Source: Thermoplasmatota archaeon
GTDB taxonomy: Archaea; Thermoplasmatota; E2; UBA202; JdFR-43
Reading direction: 5' to 3'
NCBI GenBank assembly: GCA_029259015.1
Contig: JAPDJQ010000036.1
Coordinates: 1-47,127 of the forward strand
Length of the DNA: 47,127 nucleotides
Shown: one piece after another, positions 35,158 through 43,764 of the stretch
Numbering within the stretch: the stretch's first letter is position 1
How the letters are laid out: the number at the start of each line of letters is the position of its first letter
Program-made: the position numbers and the translations under genes
The notes under the pieces: generated by a model
The model's input: only the letters and a program-made list of their open reading frames with translations
Database searches by the model: none
What the model was told of the DNA's origin: nothing

Positions 35158-36879
35158 TTATTTAAATACAATTACAGCACATTCATCCATGCATTTTAAG
35201 CAGTGGTTACAATTATCACCAATCCACGCTTTTCCCTTTTCCATATAAATGGCATTCTGGCTACATTTTGCAATGCATACCCCACATCCAACACAGTTTA
35301 TGGCCCTGTAAATAATGTCTTTTATCAGCTTTTCATTATCACTCGCCTCTATTTTTTCTTCTTGCAGCTGAATTCTTATTCCATTTACTTCATACTCATT
35401 TTTCCCAACTTTTTTTATCTCGCCTATTATCTTCAAAAAATTTTCTATTCTATTCTCATTTCCCTCGATTTTATATTCTCTTTCTTCCTTTATTTCATAC
35501 TTTATACTGCTCCATTTTGGCGGGGTGCGCCATCTCCATAAGCCAAGACTGATCCATTCCTCTGGCAAATTGTGTTTTTCTGCAAACTGCCTTAACTTTT
35601 CTTCAAATTTATCCCAGTTCTCATGCTTTTTCAGTTCAAATTCCGCCATATCACATGCCGGGCAAAGCCAGCATCCTATCCTGCTGAAACCCTGTTCATA
35701 CAGCACATTCCATTTCGCTTTTTTCATGAATAAGTATAGCCAGACATGCAGGGCGGTCCAGTTTTGGATGGGCGAAGCAGCTATCTGTCCATGAACCCAA
35801 GGATTTTTCCATATTTTACCATGCTCAGCTCTATGCTGCGACTCATATCTTCGTTGCCCGATGAAAGAAAGAATGCCGTTGCCGAAATGTTTTTTTATGA
35901 GCATTGCTGCCACTCCTAACTTGCAGGTTTTGCAGCACCATCTGTAGTCGCGAGCAGGAATGCCGAAGAAATCTATGGCGTGCCAGAATTTGTTGCCAGC
36001 TTTCTCTTCTATGAGTTCTAAGCCATATTTATCTGCTGTTGAATATACATTTTCTAGGGTTTCATCAAACTCCAAGCCAGTATTTAGGAAAATTAAGGGA
36101 GGTGTATAACCAGCATCGATGACTAAAAGTAATGTAGCCAAGCTATCCTTTCCCCCGCTGAAGGAAACTGCAAATGGAAGCTTATATTTTTCCACCGTCT
36201 CTCTAATAAATTTTATCTCATTTCCCACCATGCTCAAAATTATATCTTCATTTGCCTTCATTACGTCATTCCATGTTATTTTTTTCTTTTTCTCTGCCAT
36301 CTCCATACCACGCCATCTTATTTTAACTGCCATTCCTCTATTGTCCTTCATTTCATTTCCATTCATTCTTGCTTTTCCCGTCGCTATCACTTGCCAATCC
36401 TCATTTAAAACAATAACTTCATCTCCTTCTTTTATTTCTTCATCTACTTCTTTAACACCGGGAGCCATCAAATTTGAAGTTTTTAAAATATAAGGGATAG
36501 CTCCATTATCAGCCACAACATAACCCTTTTTTATTTCAAGCAGAGAAGCATACCATGGACGGGGTTGAAATTTGAATTTTTTTGCCCATATATCATAGAA
36601 AAAACTTCCTGCCACCCTTCCATCTATTATAATTTCATCATTTCTATCTATAGCTGGCGTGGCATTTAATAAAACAACCTCTGGCATATAGCATGAACCA
36701 AATTGTTTCTCTATTACTTCCCCAATCATCTTTTTATCAAATTCAAAAGCAGGCCTGACATCACCAGGAGGCGTTATTGGAACTTTCTCTACTCTATTGC
36801 CACATGAGCATCTGCTTTTAAGCAATGGCATATTGCATTCGCTGCAGTGGTATAACGCAAGCTTTCCCAGTCTTATCAC
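35158..36879 (-). CDS. PP-loop ATP pyrophosphatase (PAPS reductase family) with N-terminal zinc ribbon and PUA-like domain and C-terminal 2x[4Fe-4S] ferredoxin domain
   Basis: Motifs in order: CSECN...CSCGN zinc ribbon; PUA-like GDEVIVLNEDWQVIATGKARMNG; PP-loop FAVSFSGGKDS; Cys clusters CCKTCKL and CWLCPAC; ferredoxin motifs CVGCGVCIAKC and CNHCLKCMDEC. Confidence 0.75.
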   Translation of the reverse strand: MIRLGKLALYHCSECNMPLLKSRCSCGNRVEKVPITPPGDVRPAFEFDKKMIGEVIEKQFGSCYMPEVVLLNATPAIDRNDEIIIDGRVAGSFFYDIWAKKFKFQPRPWYASLLEIKKGYVVADNGAIPYILKTSNLMAPGVKEVDEEIKEGDEVIVLNEDWQVIATGKARMNGNEMKDNRGMAVKIRWRGMEMAEKKKKITWNDVMKANEDIILSMVGNEIKFIRETVEKYKLPFAVSFSGGKDSLATLLLVIDAGYTPPLIFLNTGLEFDETLENVYSTADKYGLELIEEKAGNKFWHAIDFFGIPARDYRWCCKTCKLGVAAMLIKKHFGNGILSFIGQRRYESQHRAEHGKIWKNPWVHGQIAASPIQNWTALHVWLYLFMKKAKWNVLYEQGFSRIGCWLCPACDMAEFELKKHENWDKFEEKLRQFAEKHNLPEEWISLGLWRWRTPPKWSSIKYEIKEEREYKIEGNENRIENFLKIIGEIKKVGKNEYEVNGIRIQLQEEKIEASDNEKLIKDIIYRAINCVGCGVCIAKCSQNAIYMEKGKAWIGDNCNHCLKCMDECAVIVFK

Positions 36880-36978
36880 ATTTTTTGAAGCGCATCAGCT
36901 ATAAATATTTGATGAAGAAATGGTGAACATAAAAGACATCATCGACAAAATAAAATATCATTTGCAGATTATCTGAGG

Positions 36979-38619
36979 ATGCCAGTTGTGAACTTTGACT
37001 ATTATGACTTGCTATCGTTGCTTGGTAGAGAGGTGAGCAGAGAGGAATTGCTCGAAAAAATACCCATGATGGGGGTATGCATTGAAAGATTTGAAGGAAA
37101 TGAAATAAGCATTGAGGTTTTTCCAAATAGGCCTGATTTGCTCAGTGTGGAAGGAATGGCAAGAGCATTGAGAGCTTTTTTGGGCATAGAAGAGGGATTG
37201 AAAAAGTATGATGTTGCACCTCCAAAAATTTCATTACATGTGGAAAAAAGTGTTGAAAAAGTCCGTCCATTTATTGCCGCCGCCGTGGTAAGAAATGTTG
37301 AAATGAATGATGAAACAATAGCATCTTTAATGGAAATGCAGGAAAAACTTCATTTTTCTGTCGGAAAAGATAGGAAAAAAATGGCTATTGGCGTGCATGA
37401 TTTTGACAAAGTAACTCCTCCATTTGTTTATAAAGGGGTTAAGCCACATGAGATAAAATTTGTGCCATTGGGCAAGGAAGAAGAAATGGATTTAAATGAA
37501 ATTCTGGAGAAACATGAAAAGGGTATAGCATATGCCCATCTTATAAAACATTCTGATTTATACCCAATAATTCTTGATAAAAATGGTAATGTGCTCTCAT
37601 TTCCACCCATAATAAATGGCGAATTGACTGCCTTAAGTGAATATACCAGAAACATTTTTATTGATGTAACTGGAACAGATATGAATGCTGTACTTGCAGC
37701 CTTAAACATAGTTGCCACTTCCCTGGCAGAAAGGGGAGGAAAGCTGGAACAGGTTGAAATAATTGGAAAGAAAAAAATTGTTACTCCTGATTTAACTCCG
37801 CAGGAAAATGAAGTGAGCATTGATTACATAAAAAAGATTCTGAAAATAGAAGATAAAAAAGAGATTTTAAAGTCTCTGCTAAAAATGGGTCATGATGTGG
37901 TTAAGGAAGGAAATAAAATTAAAGTATATTCTCCAGTATGGCGTGTTGATATTTTGCATGCTATTGATTTAATAGAGGATGTTGCCATTGGTTATGGATA
38001 TGAAAAATTTGAAGACATGCTGCCAAAATCAATGACTTTTGGCTCTTCCTTTTCTCATGACAGGATACATCAGACAATGATTGGCTTGGGCTTTAATGAA
38101 GTAGTTACACTCAGCATTTCAAGTCCTGAAAAAGAATTTGAAAAGATGGGAATAAAAGGAGAGGCTGTTGAAATAGCAAATCCTATATCCTCGGAACATT
38201 CTATAGTAAGGCAATCTTTGCTTCCTTCTTTACTGGAGATTTTATCCAAAAATAGGCATAACGATTTGCCACAACAAATATATGAGATTGGAGATGTTGT
38301 TATTTTTGAAGAAGGGATGGCAAAACAAAAAACATTTCTTGCTGGCGTTAAAATAGATGCAAAAACTGGCTTTACAGAATGTAAATCAATAACGGAGGCA
38401 ATATTGAGGAATTTAGGCTACAAAATGGATGTTGAGGAAAAAATGCACGGCTCTTTCATAGAAGGAAGATGTGCCTCCATAATTGTAAATGACACAGAGA
38501 TAGGATATTTTGGAGAGATAAAACCATCTGTAATATGCAACTTTGGCCTGGAATACCCTGTAATTGCCTTCGAGATGGATTTATCCAAACTTCTTCCTTC
38601 TTTTTATGAATATTATTAA
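36979..38619 (+). CDS. pheT: Phenylalanine--tRNA ligase beta subunit (archaeal type)
   Basis: MPVVNFDYYDLLSLLG...EVFPNRPDLLSVEGMARALRAFLG (B3_4 domain start); 546 aa, as in archaeal/eukaryal-type PheT. Confidence 0.9.
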   Translation: MPVVNFDYYDLLSLLGREVSREELLEKIPMMGVCIERFEGNEISIEVFPNRPDLLSVEGMARALRAFLGIEEGLKKYDVAPPKISLHVEKSVEKVRPFIAAAVVRNVEMNDETIASLMEMQEKLHFSVGKDRKKMAIGVHDFDKVTPPFVYKGVKPHEIKFVPLGKEEEMDLNEILEKHEKGIAYAHLIKHSDLYPIILDKNGNVLSFPPIINGELTALSEYTRNIFIDVTGTDMNAVLAALNIVATSLAERGGKLEQVEIIGKKKIVTPDLTPQENEVSIDYIKKILKIEDKKEILKSLLKMGHDVVKEGNKIKVYSPVWRVDILHAIDLIEDVAIGYGYEKFEDMLPKSMTFGSSFSHDRIHQTMIGLGFNEVVTLSISSPEKEFEKMGIKGEAVEIANPISSEHSIVRQSLLPSLLEILSKNRHNDLPQQIYEIGDVVIFEEGMAKQKTFLAGVKIDAKTGFTECKSITEAILRNLGYKMDVEEKMHGSFIEGRCASIIVNDTEIGYFGEIKPSVICNFGLEYPVIAFEMDLSKLLPSFYEYY

Positions 38620-39639
38620 AGATAGCGCGGCAATCACCGCAATAAATTCAAAAGCTGGCGTTCTTAGGCTACGAGGCCCTGGCAAATCTTTTATAGCTGG
38701 CGATGGCTGGCTGCCGATGCTTGCATCTGCTGTGGTCTTTACAGTATAATTGCCGCCACAGACTAAATTTTTGTATGGTTTGTTTATTCCTGGGAAGTAG
38801 TAAATTACTTCTGCATATACTTTTATTTCATTTTTATAATTCTCTTTCCATCCTTCATATTGTGGGGATGTCACATATATATAATAATCGCCACTCTCGC
38901 CACTTACTGTAGCATTCACTTCCTGCCCATTTATAGTATAAAAAACTCTGAATTTTTCTTTGCTTATATTCTTGTATACTCTGATTATTATTTCATCTGA
39001 TGCATTGAGTTTTCCTTCTGGAATTATAACTTTTATCAAATCATTTGAAAATCGGAAGGAATTGTTATAGCGGGCAGTGTGTCCATTTATATCTGTTGCA
39101 ACTATCTCGTAATTTGCATTTCCTCCTGAATAATTGTAAATATAGATGTTATTCTCATCTTTGGCCATATCATACTCCTTTCCATCGATTATTATTTTTA
39201 CATCCTTTATACCTGCATTATCTGTAATATGCGCAAGAACCGAAATGTTGCCATTGCTTTGCTGTATCTCAGGCAGCATAATTGCATCTATTTTTGGAGG
39301 GGAGGCATCATAAAATGGAGGATTTATCGATAGAATAAAGACTGCAAGCCATGTAAAAAAGTAAAAGGCAATAGAACCAAACCATTCTTTTCTGCTGAAA
39401 TCTTTTACATCAATCTTAAGAAGCTGCAAAATTTTTGCCATGAAACCAATGGAAGCGAGAGCAAACAAAAAGCAGATTGGCCATCTCATGCTACTATCCA
39501 AATTTCTCCATATAAAATTACAAATTAAAGCCATAAAAAAGCCAAATAAAAAAGAGATAAATGCGGTCTTTGCTTTTCTTTTCTCTTTTTTCATGAATTC
39601 TTCTCTGTCAAATTCAGGCAGTTTTATTTCCTCTTCCAT
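38581..39639 (-). CDS. Membrane protein with extracellular Ig-like region and C-terminal PEF-CTERM-like anchor
   Basis: Three N-terminal hydrophobic helices, then a beta-rich middle region (DNAGIKDVKIIIDGKEY). The C-terminus PGPRSLRTPAFEFIAVIAALSLIIFIKRRKKFG is a motif plus TM plus basic tail. The 3' end overlaps pheT by 39 nt. Confidence 0.6.
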   Translation of the reverse strand: MEEEIKLPEFDREEFMKKEKRKAKTAFISFLFGFFMALICNFIWRNLDSSMRWPICFLFALASIGFMAKILQLLKIDVKDFSRKEWFGSIAFYFFTWLAVFILSINPPFYDASPPKIDAIMLPEIQQSNGNISVLAHITDNAGIKDVKIIIDGKEYDMAKDENNIYIYNYSGGNANYEIVATDINGHTARYNNSFRFSNDLIKVIIPEGKLNASDEIIIRVYKNISKEKFRVFYTINGQEVNATVSGESGDYYIYVTSPQYEGWKENYKNEIKVYAEVIYYFPGINKPYKNLVCGGNYTVKTTADASIGSQPSPAIKDLPGPRSLRTPAFEFIAVIAALSLIIFIKRRKKFG

Positions 39640-39676
39640 GCTATGCTATATAAAATCGTTTAAAAAGATATCCATA

Positions 39677-40936
39677 TTGATTTTTTGTGTTGAATTAGCC
39701 AATGATAACCATTCATTCAAAAATTACGATACCAAAGAATTTTTTAACTTCTTCTTTATCAAACTTGTGCTTATTGAACTGCTATTGCTGGTTATATTTC
39801 CTATACTGCTTCTCATAGTCATTTCTCTCTTTTTTCTCATATATGCCGAAACCTTTGAAGAAATTCATTTTGGAAAAAGAGAAGTTGGGCTTCTTGTCAT
39901 TGGCTCTGTTTCTACAATGTTTTTTGATTTGCCCATCTTCTTATACAGCAATTATTTCCTTGCCATTAATGTTGGCGGCGCTTTAATACCTATTATTCTG
40001 TCGTTTTATTTCATAAAGGAAAATGCCCTGTCTTTTTGGAAAGTATTGGCAGGCATTGTTATGGTAGGAATTGTAACTTACATGGTCACATTTGTAACTG
40101 ATGTGGGTGTTGTTTCCTATTTCCCATTTTATTTTCTGCCTTCTCTGATGGCTATACTGCTGTCGTTTCTTTTCTTCTTTCGGAATCCAAAAACCTGTGT
40201 TTTTGCATACACTATTTCTACGCTGGGCGTAATAATAGGAGGAGATTTTTCTCATCTTCCAGAATTATTTGAATTTCCCTTCATGGGATCAATGGGAGGT
40301 GCAGGCATATATGACATGGTTTATCTTGCTGGATTGATTTCCTTCTGTGCTTCCTTTCCATTTATAAGGAAGAAAAGACTTAGCAGGGCTGAGAGAAATA
40401 TAAGAAAAATTGAAAGAGAGGCATATTATGCAGGAAAAATCGCTGGAATAGGGGGAGATTACAGGCATATAATAAGGAAGCTAACTGGCAGAGATGTGGA
40501 GGAAATAAAGAAAAGGAGACTGATAAGTGAGATAAATAGGCCACTAATGAGATTTTATGCATCTCCATTAAAAAGAATTGTCGCCTTTTTAATAGATTCT
40601 ACAATTGTTTTTCCAGTATCAGTTATGCTTCTACTGATTTTCCACATGGAGTTATATATATTCCTTTCCATTTTTCTCCTGATTCAGATTTTTTATTTTA
40701 CATGCCTTGAATTCTATTTTGGCAGCACCATTGGAAAAGCAATTCTTGATATTGAAGTAAGAAATGTTGCCAATGAAAAAGCAGATTTTATGACGATTTT
40801 TACAAGGAATATTATCAGAATCTTGGAATTTTTCGCAATGTTTTATTTAGTAAGTGTATTGCTTATTGTGGCTACTCCAAAAAGGCAGAGAATTGGAGAC
40901 ATAATTGCAGATAGCATAGTGGTGGAGGTAAAATGA
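39677..40936 (+). CDS. Polytopic membrane protein: DUF1614-like N-terminal part fused to an RDD-family C-terminal domain (start uncertain: TTG 39677 or GTG 39767)
   Basis: The first 66+ codons of the track ORF from 39440 are antisense to 38581-39639 and are rejected. FGKREVGLLVIGS...LAINVGGALIPIILSFYF resembles DUF1614. ASPLKRIVAFLIDSTIVF...RQRIGDIIADSIVV is RDD-like. A CTATATAAAA box lies about 25 nt upstream of 39677. Confidence 0.55.
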   Translation: MIFCVELANDNHSFKNYDTKEFFNFFFIKLVLIELLLLVIFPILLLIVISLFFLIYAETFEEIHFGKREVGLLVIGSVSTMFFDLPIFLYSNYFLAINVGGALIPIILSFYFIKENALSFWKVLAGIVMVGIVTYMVTFVTDVGVVSYFPFYFLPSLMAILLSFLFFFRNPKTCVFAYTISTLGVIIGGDFSHLPELFEFPFMGSMGGAGIYDMVYLAGLISFCASFPFIRKKRLSRAERNIRKIEREAYYAGKIAGIGGDYRHIIRKLTGRDVEEIKKRRLISEINRPLMRFYASPLKRIVAFLIDSTIVFPVSVMLLLIFHMELYIFLSIFLLIQIFYFTCLEFYFGSTIGKAILDIEVRNVANEKADFMTIFTRNIIRILEFFAMFYLVSVLLIVATPKRQRIGDIIADSIVVEVK

Positions 40937-41451
40937 TTGATTTGCTGTATGCCATATGGCTTATATTTCCTGCTTACGTCGCCAATGCTTCAGCGGTGCT
41001 CTTTAAAGGGAAAACACCAATCGATTTTGGAAAAATGTGGCGAGGCAAACCAATATTTGGAAAAGGAAAAACATGGCGGGGGATGGCGGGAGGAATAGCA
41101 GCAGGAATAGTAGTTGGCGCTATAATGAATCAAATCTATCCATCATTTGGAAATGGCATAGAAGCTTTTACAGTGCTATTTTCTCTATCATTTGGCGCTT
41201 TATTTGGAGATTTGGTGAAAAGTTTTATTAAGAGAAGGATTGGCAAAAAAAGAGGGGAAAAATGGGTTATTGCTGATCAAATCGATTTTCTGCTTGGCTC
41301 ATTTTTATTTTGTTTTTTGATTAATAAAGAGTGGTTTATCGCCAATTTTAAGGTAGAATATATTGTTTTTCTTCTCATATTCACTCCACTGATACATTTA
41401 GCAACAAATATATTGGCGTACCTATTAAAATTAAAGAGGGTGCCCTGGTGA
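40933..41451 (+). CDS. carS: CDP-archaeol synthase
   Basis: IWLIFPAYVANASAVLF..GKTPIDFG...GKGKTWRG...GDLVKSFIKRRIG...ADQIDFLLG matches the CarS (DUF46) pattern. ATGA overlap with the upstream gene. Confidence 0.8.
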   Translation: MIDLLYAIWLIFPAYVANASAVLFKGKTPIDFGKMWRGKPIFGKGKTWRGMAGGIAAGIVVGAIMNQIYPSFGNGIEAFTVLFSLSFGALFGDLVKSFIKRRIGKKRGEKWVIADQIDFLLGSFLFCFLINKEWFIANFKVEYIVFLLIFTPLIHLATNILAYLLKLKRVPW

Positions 41452-41455
41452 TGAA

Positions 41456-41755
41456 ATGGAAGATGAAGAAATAATTGAGTTTATTAAGGAGAGAATAAAG
41501 AAACAACGGCTGGAAGACATGAATAAAGAGCTGAGAGAATGGATGGAAGAGCATGGAATAAAGCTGCAAGAAGAGAAAGAGGAAGAAGAAAAAATAGAAG
41601 GAAAATGTGAAATATGCGAGATAAGAGATGCAAAATATCGCTGCATAAGATGTGGCAAAATAGCATGCATGGCTTGCTTCTGGACTATGTTAGGAATATG
41701 CAAGGAATGTATAACAGAGAAGCAAATGAAGGAGCTAAAAGAGCATTATTTTTAA
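41456..41755 (+). CDS. Small acidic protein with 8-Cys cross-brace zinc module (zf-HIT/B-box-like)
   Basis: CEICEIRDAKYRCIRCGKIACMACFWTMLGICKEC, preceded by an E/K-rich helix. Confidence 0.5.
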   Translation: MEDEEIIEFIKERIKKQRLEDMNKELREWMEEHGIKLQEEKEEEEKIEGKCEICEIRDAKYRCIRCGKIACMACFWTMLGICKECITEKQMKELKEHYF

Positions 41756-41777
41756 ATGAAGTTCTATTTTGGGAAAG

Positions 41778-43166
41778 ATGATTGACAAAGAAAAATTTGA
41801 TGACTGGTATAACGAAATTGTCGAAACAGCAGAATTATGTGATAAACGCTATCCAATAAAAGGCATGAACATCTGGAAACCATATGGATGGAAAATTATG
41901 CAAAACATAGATGCTTTAATAAGATATGAAATGGAAAGAACAGGGCACAATGAGGTTTATTTTCCTCTTTTGATACCTGAAAGTTATTTCAAAAAAGAGG
42001 AGGAACACATAAAGGGCTTTTCAGCAGAAGTTTACTGGGTGACGCATGCAGGAAAAAACGAGCTGGAAGAGCGTCTTCTGCTTCGCCCAACCTCTGAAAC
42101 AGCCTTATATTCCATCTTTTCCCTCTGGATTCGCTCTCATGCTGATTTGCCATTAAAAACTTTCCAGATTGTGAATACATTCAGGTATGAAACGAAAATG
42201 ACGAAGGCATTTATAAGAGTTAGAGAGATACATTTTTTTGAGGCACATACATGTCATGCAGACTATGAGGATGCAGAAAGACAGATAAAGGAAGATTTGG
42301 AGATAGCAGAGAGATTTTTCAAAAAGCTCTGTCTACCATTTATAGTGAGTAAGCGTCCTGACTGGGATAAATTTGCTGGCGCCTATTATTCCATTGGCAT
42401 CGATGTTCTGATGCCTTCAATGAAAACCCTGCAGGTTGGCTCCATTCATCAGTACAAGCAGAATTTTTCCAAACCTTTTGAAATAAAATATGAAGGAAAG
42501 GATGGCAAGCATTATTACTGTCATCAGACAACATATGGAATGTCTGAAAGAGTGCTTGGAGCAATTGTCGGAATACATGGCGATGAAAAGGGAATAAAGC
42601 TCCCATCCTCGATTGCTCCAATAAAAGTTGTTATAATACCTATAATCTTCAAGGGATGGGAAGAAAAAATAATGGAAGAATGCAGAAAAATAAAGGAAGA
42701 AATAGAAAAACTGGGGCTCAGTTGCCATATAGATGACAGAGATAAAACACCAGGTAACAAATTTTATGATTGGGAACTCAAGGGGGTTCCTTTAAGAGTA
42801 GAAATAGGACCAAAAGATATTGAAAACGAAGTTATAAGCATTGCAACAAGAGACGGCATTAAGAAAAAAATACCAGTAAATGAAATCCAAAAGTTAAAGG
42901 AAGAACTGGAAGAATATGACAAAAGAATTTATGCTGAAGCGGAAAAATTCTTGAAAGAAAACATTCATGTTCTAAAAGAAGTTGAAAGCAGAGAAGGCAT
43001 ACTGGAATTGCCGTGGTGTGGAAAAGAAGAATGCGGCATAAAAATGGAAGAAGAACTGGACATGAAGAGCTTAGGCACTCCACTGCCTGAAAAAGAATGC
43101 AATGAAAAATGCGCCATATGCAAAGAAAAGGCCACAACCTGGCTTAGACTTGCCAAAACTTATTAG
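41778..43166 (+). CDS. proS: Proline--tRNA ligase (archaeal/eukaryal type)
   Basis: FDDWYNEIVETAELCDKRYPIKGMNIWKPYGW, LLRPTSETA, FRYE, and a C-terminal Zn-binding-like WCGKEECG...C..C. The track start at 41769 is TTG and the ATG is at 41778. Confidence 0.9.
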   Translation: MIDKEKFDDWYNEIVETAELCDKRYPIKGMNIWKPYGWKIMQNIDALIRYEMERTGHNEVYFPLLIPESYFKKEEEHIKGFSAEVYWVTHAGKNELEERLLLRPTSETALYSIFSLWIRSHADLPLKTFQIVNTFRYETKMTKAFIRVREIHFFEAHTCHADYEDAERQIKEDLEIAERFFKKLCLPFIVSKRPDWDKFAGAYYSIGIDVLMPSMKTLQVGSIHQYKQNFSKPFEIKYEGKDGKHYYCHQTTYGMSERVLGAIVGIHGDEKGIKLPSSIAPIKVVIIPIIFKGWEEKIMEECRKIKEEIEKLGLSCHIDDRDKTPGNKFYDWELKGVPLRVEIGPKDIENEVISIATRDGIKKKIPVNEIQKLKEELEEYDKRIYAEAEKFLKENIHVLKEVESREGILELPWCGKEECGIKMEEELDMKSLGTPLPEKECNEKCAICKEKATTWLRLAKTY

Positions 43167-43427
43167 ATTTTTCTTCAATTTTTTAATTGTTCCTGAAGTT
43201 TTCAGAGTGTTTATTTTACTTCCTTTTATTTTGATGTTGTTTAAAAAATCTATAACTTTGTCTTTTGCAAGATGCTTGCATTTAACTATACCATATTTAC
43301 CATCATAAAACACAAGCTGTATTTTTGGTGTGGAGTTCTTTATTGCCTCAACAATATCTCTTCTTTCTATGCCCTCGATAGCAAATAATATGTAGCGGTG
43401 CCTCCCCCTTTTGTCCTTCACAACCAT
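43071..43427 (-). CDS. RNase P protein component 2 (Pop5/Rpp14 family), compact form with C-terminal extension
   Basis: RHRYILFAIEG...YGIVKCKH...LKTSGTIKKLKKNLISFG parallels archaeal Pop5 (RYIAF...SGTIKRLKRKFLSQFG as I recall the Pyrococcus protein). The last ~23 codons run antisense into proS. Confidence 0.7.
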   Translation of the reverse strand: MVVKDKRGRHRYILFAIEGIERRDIVEAIKNSTPKIQLVFYDGKYGIVKCKHLAKDKVIDFLNNIKIKGSKINTLKTSGTIKKLKKNLISFGKSKPGCGLFFAYGAFFIAFFFRQWSA

Positions 43428-43678
43428 TATAGCTCGCCAAATTCCTCCTGTAAATCTATGAATAATTCTCTCAGCAAATCCTCAAATATGGTATTTCTGT
43501 ATTCTTTGGTTCCTCCTTGCGTCTGCACCTTTGCTATGAATTCGCCTCCTTCCTTCAATATTTCTATCCTGCACAAACTTTCTGCTATTGTCACCATTCT
43601 GCCACTGTATATATATTGTTTATATAATTTTTTTGTTTTTGAGGGCTCTCGATTAAAGAATGAAAAGCACGATGCCAA
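43427..43678 (-). CDS. Small hypothetical protein translationally coupled to Pop5 (real start may be the internal Met, giving 56 aa)
   Basis: TAATG overlap with the Pop5 start. No family recognised. Confidence 0.35.
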   Translation of the reverse strand: MASCFSFFNREPSKTKKLYKQYIYSGRMVTIAESLCRIEILKEGGEFIAKVQTQGGTKEYRNTIFEDLLRELFIDLQEEFGEL

Positions 43679-43764
43679 CTTTTCCTCTTATGATACAGAT
43701 TATGGTATGCTCGTTTAATTCATAGAATCACAAAATTTTTTATATACTCTCAATTATCAACTAA

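Noticed and set aside
39440-39676. N-terminal 79 codons of the 498-aa track ORF
   Set aside because: This stretch is antisense to the 5' part of 38581-39639. The in-frame ATG at 39638 overlaps that gene's own start codon, leaving no promoter. The membrane-protein homology begins downstream, so the start was moved to TTG 39677, with GTG 39767 as an alternative.
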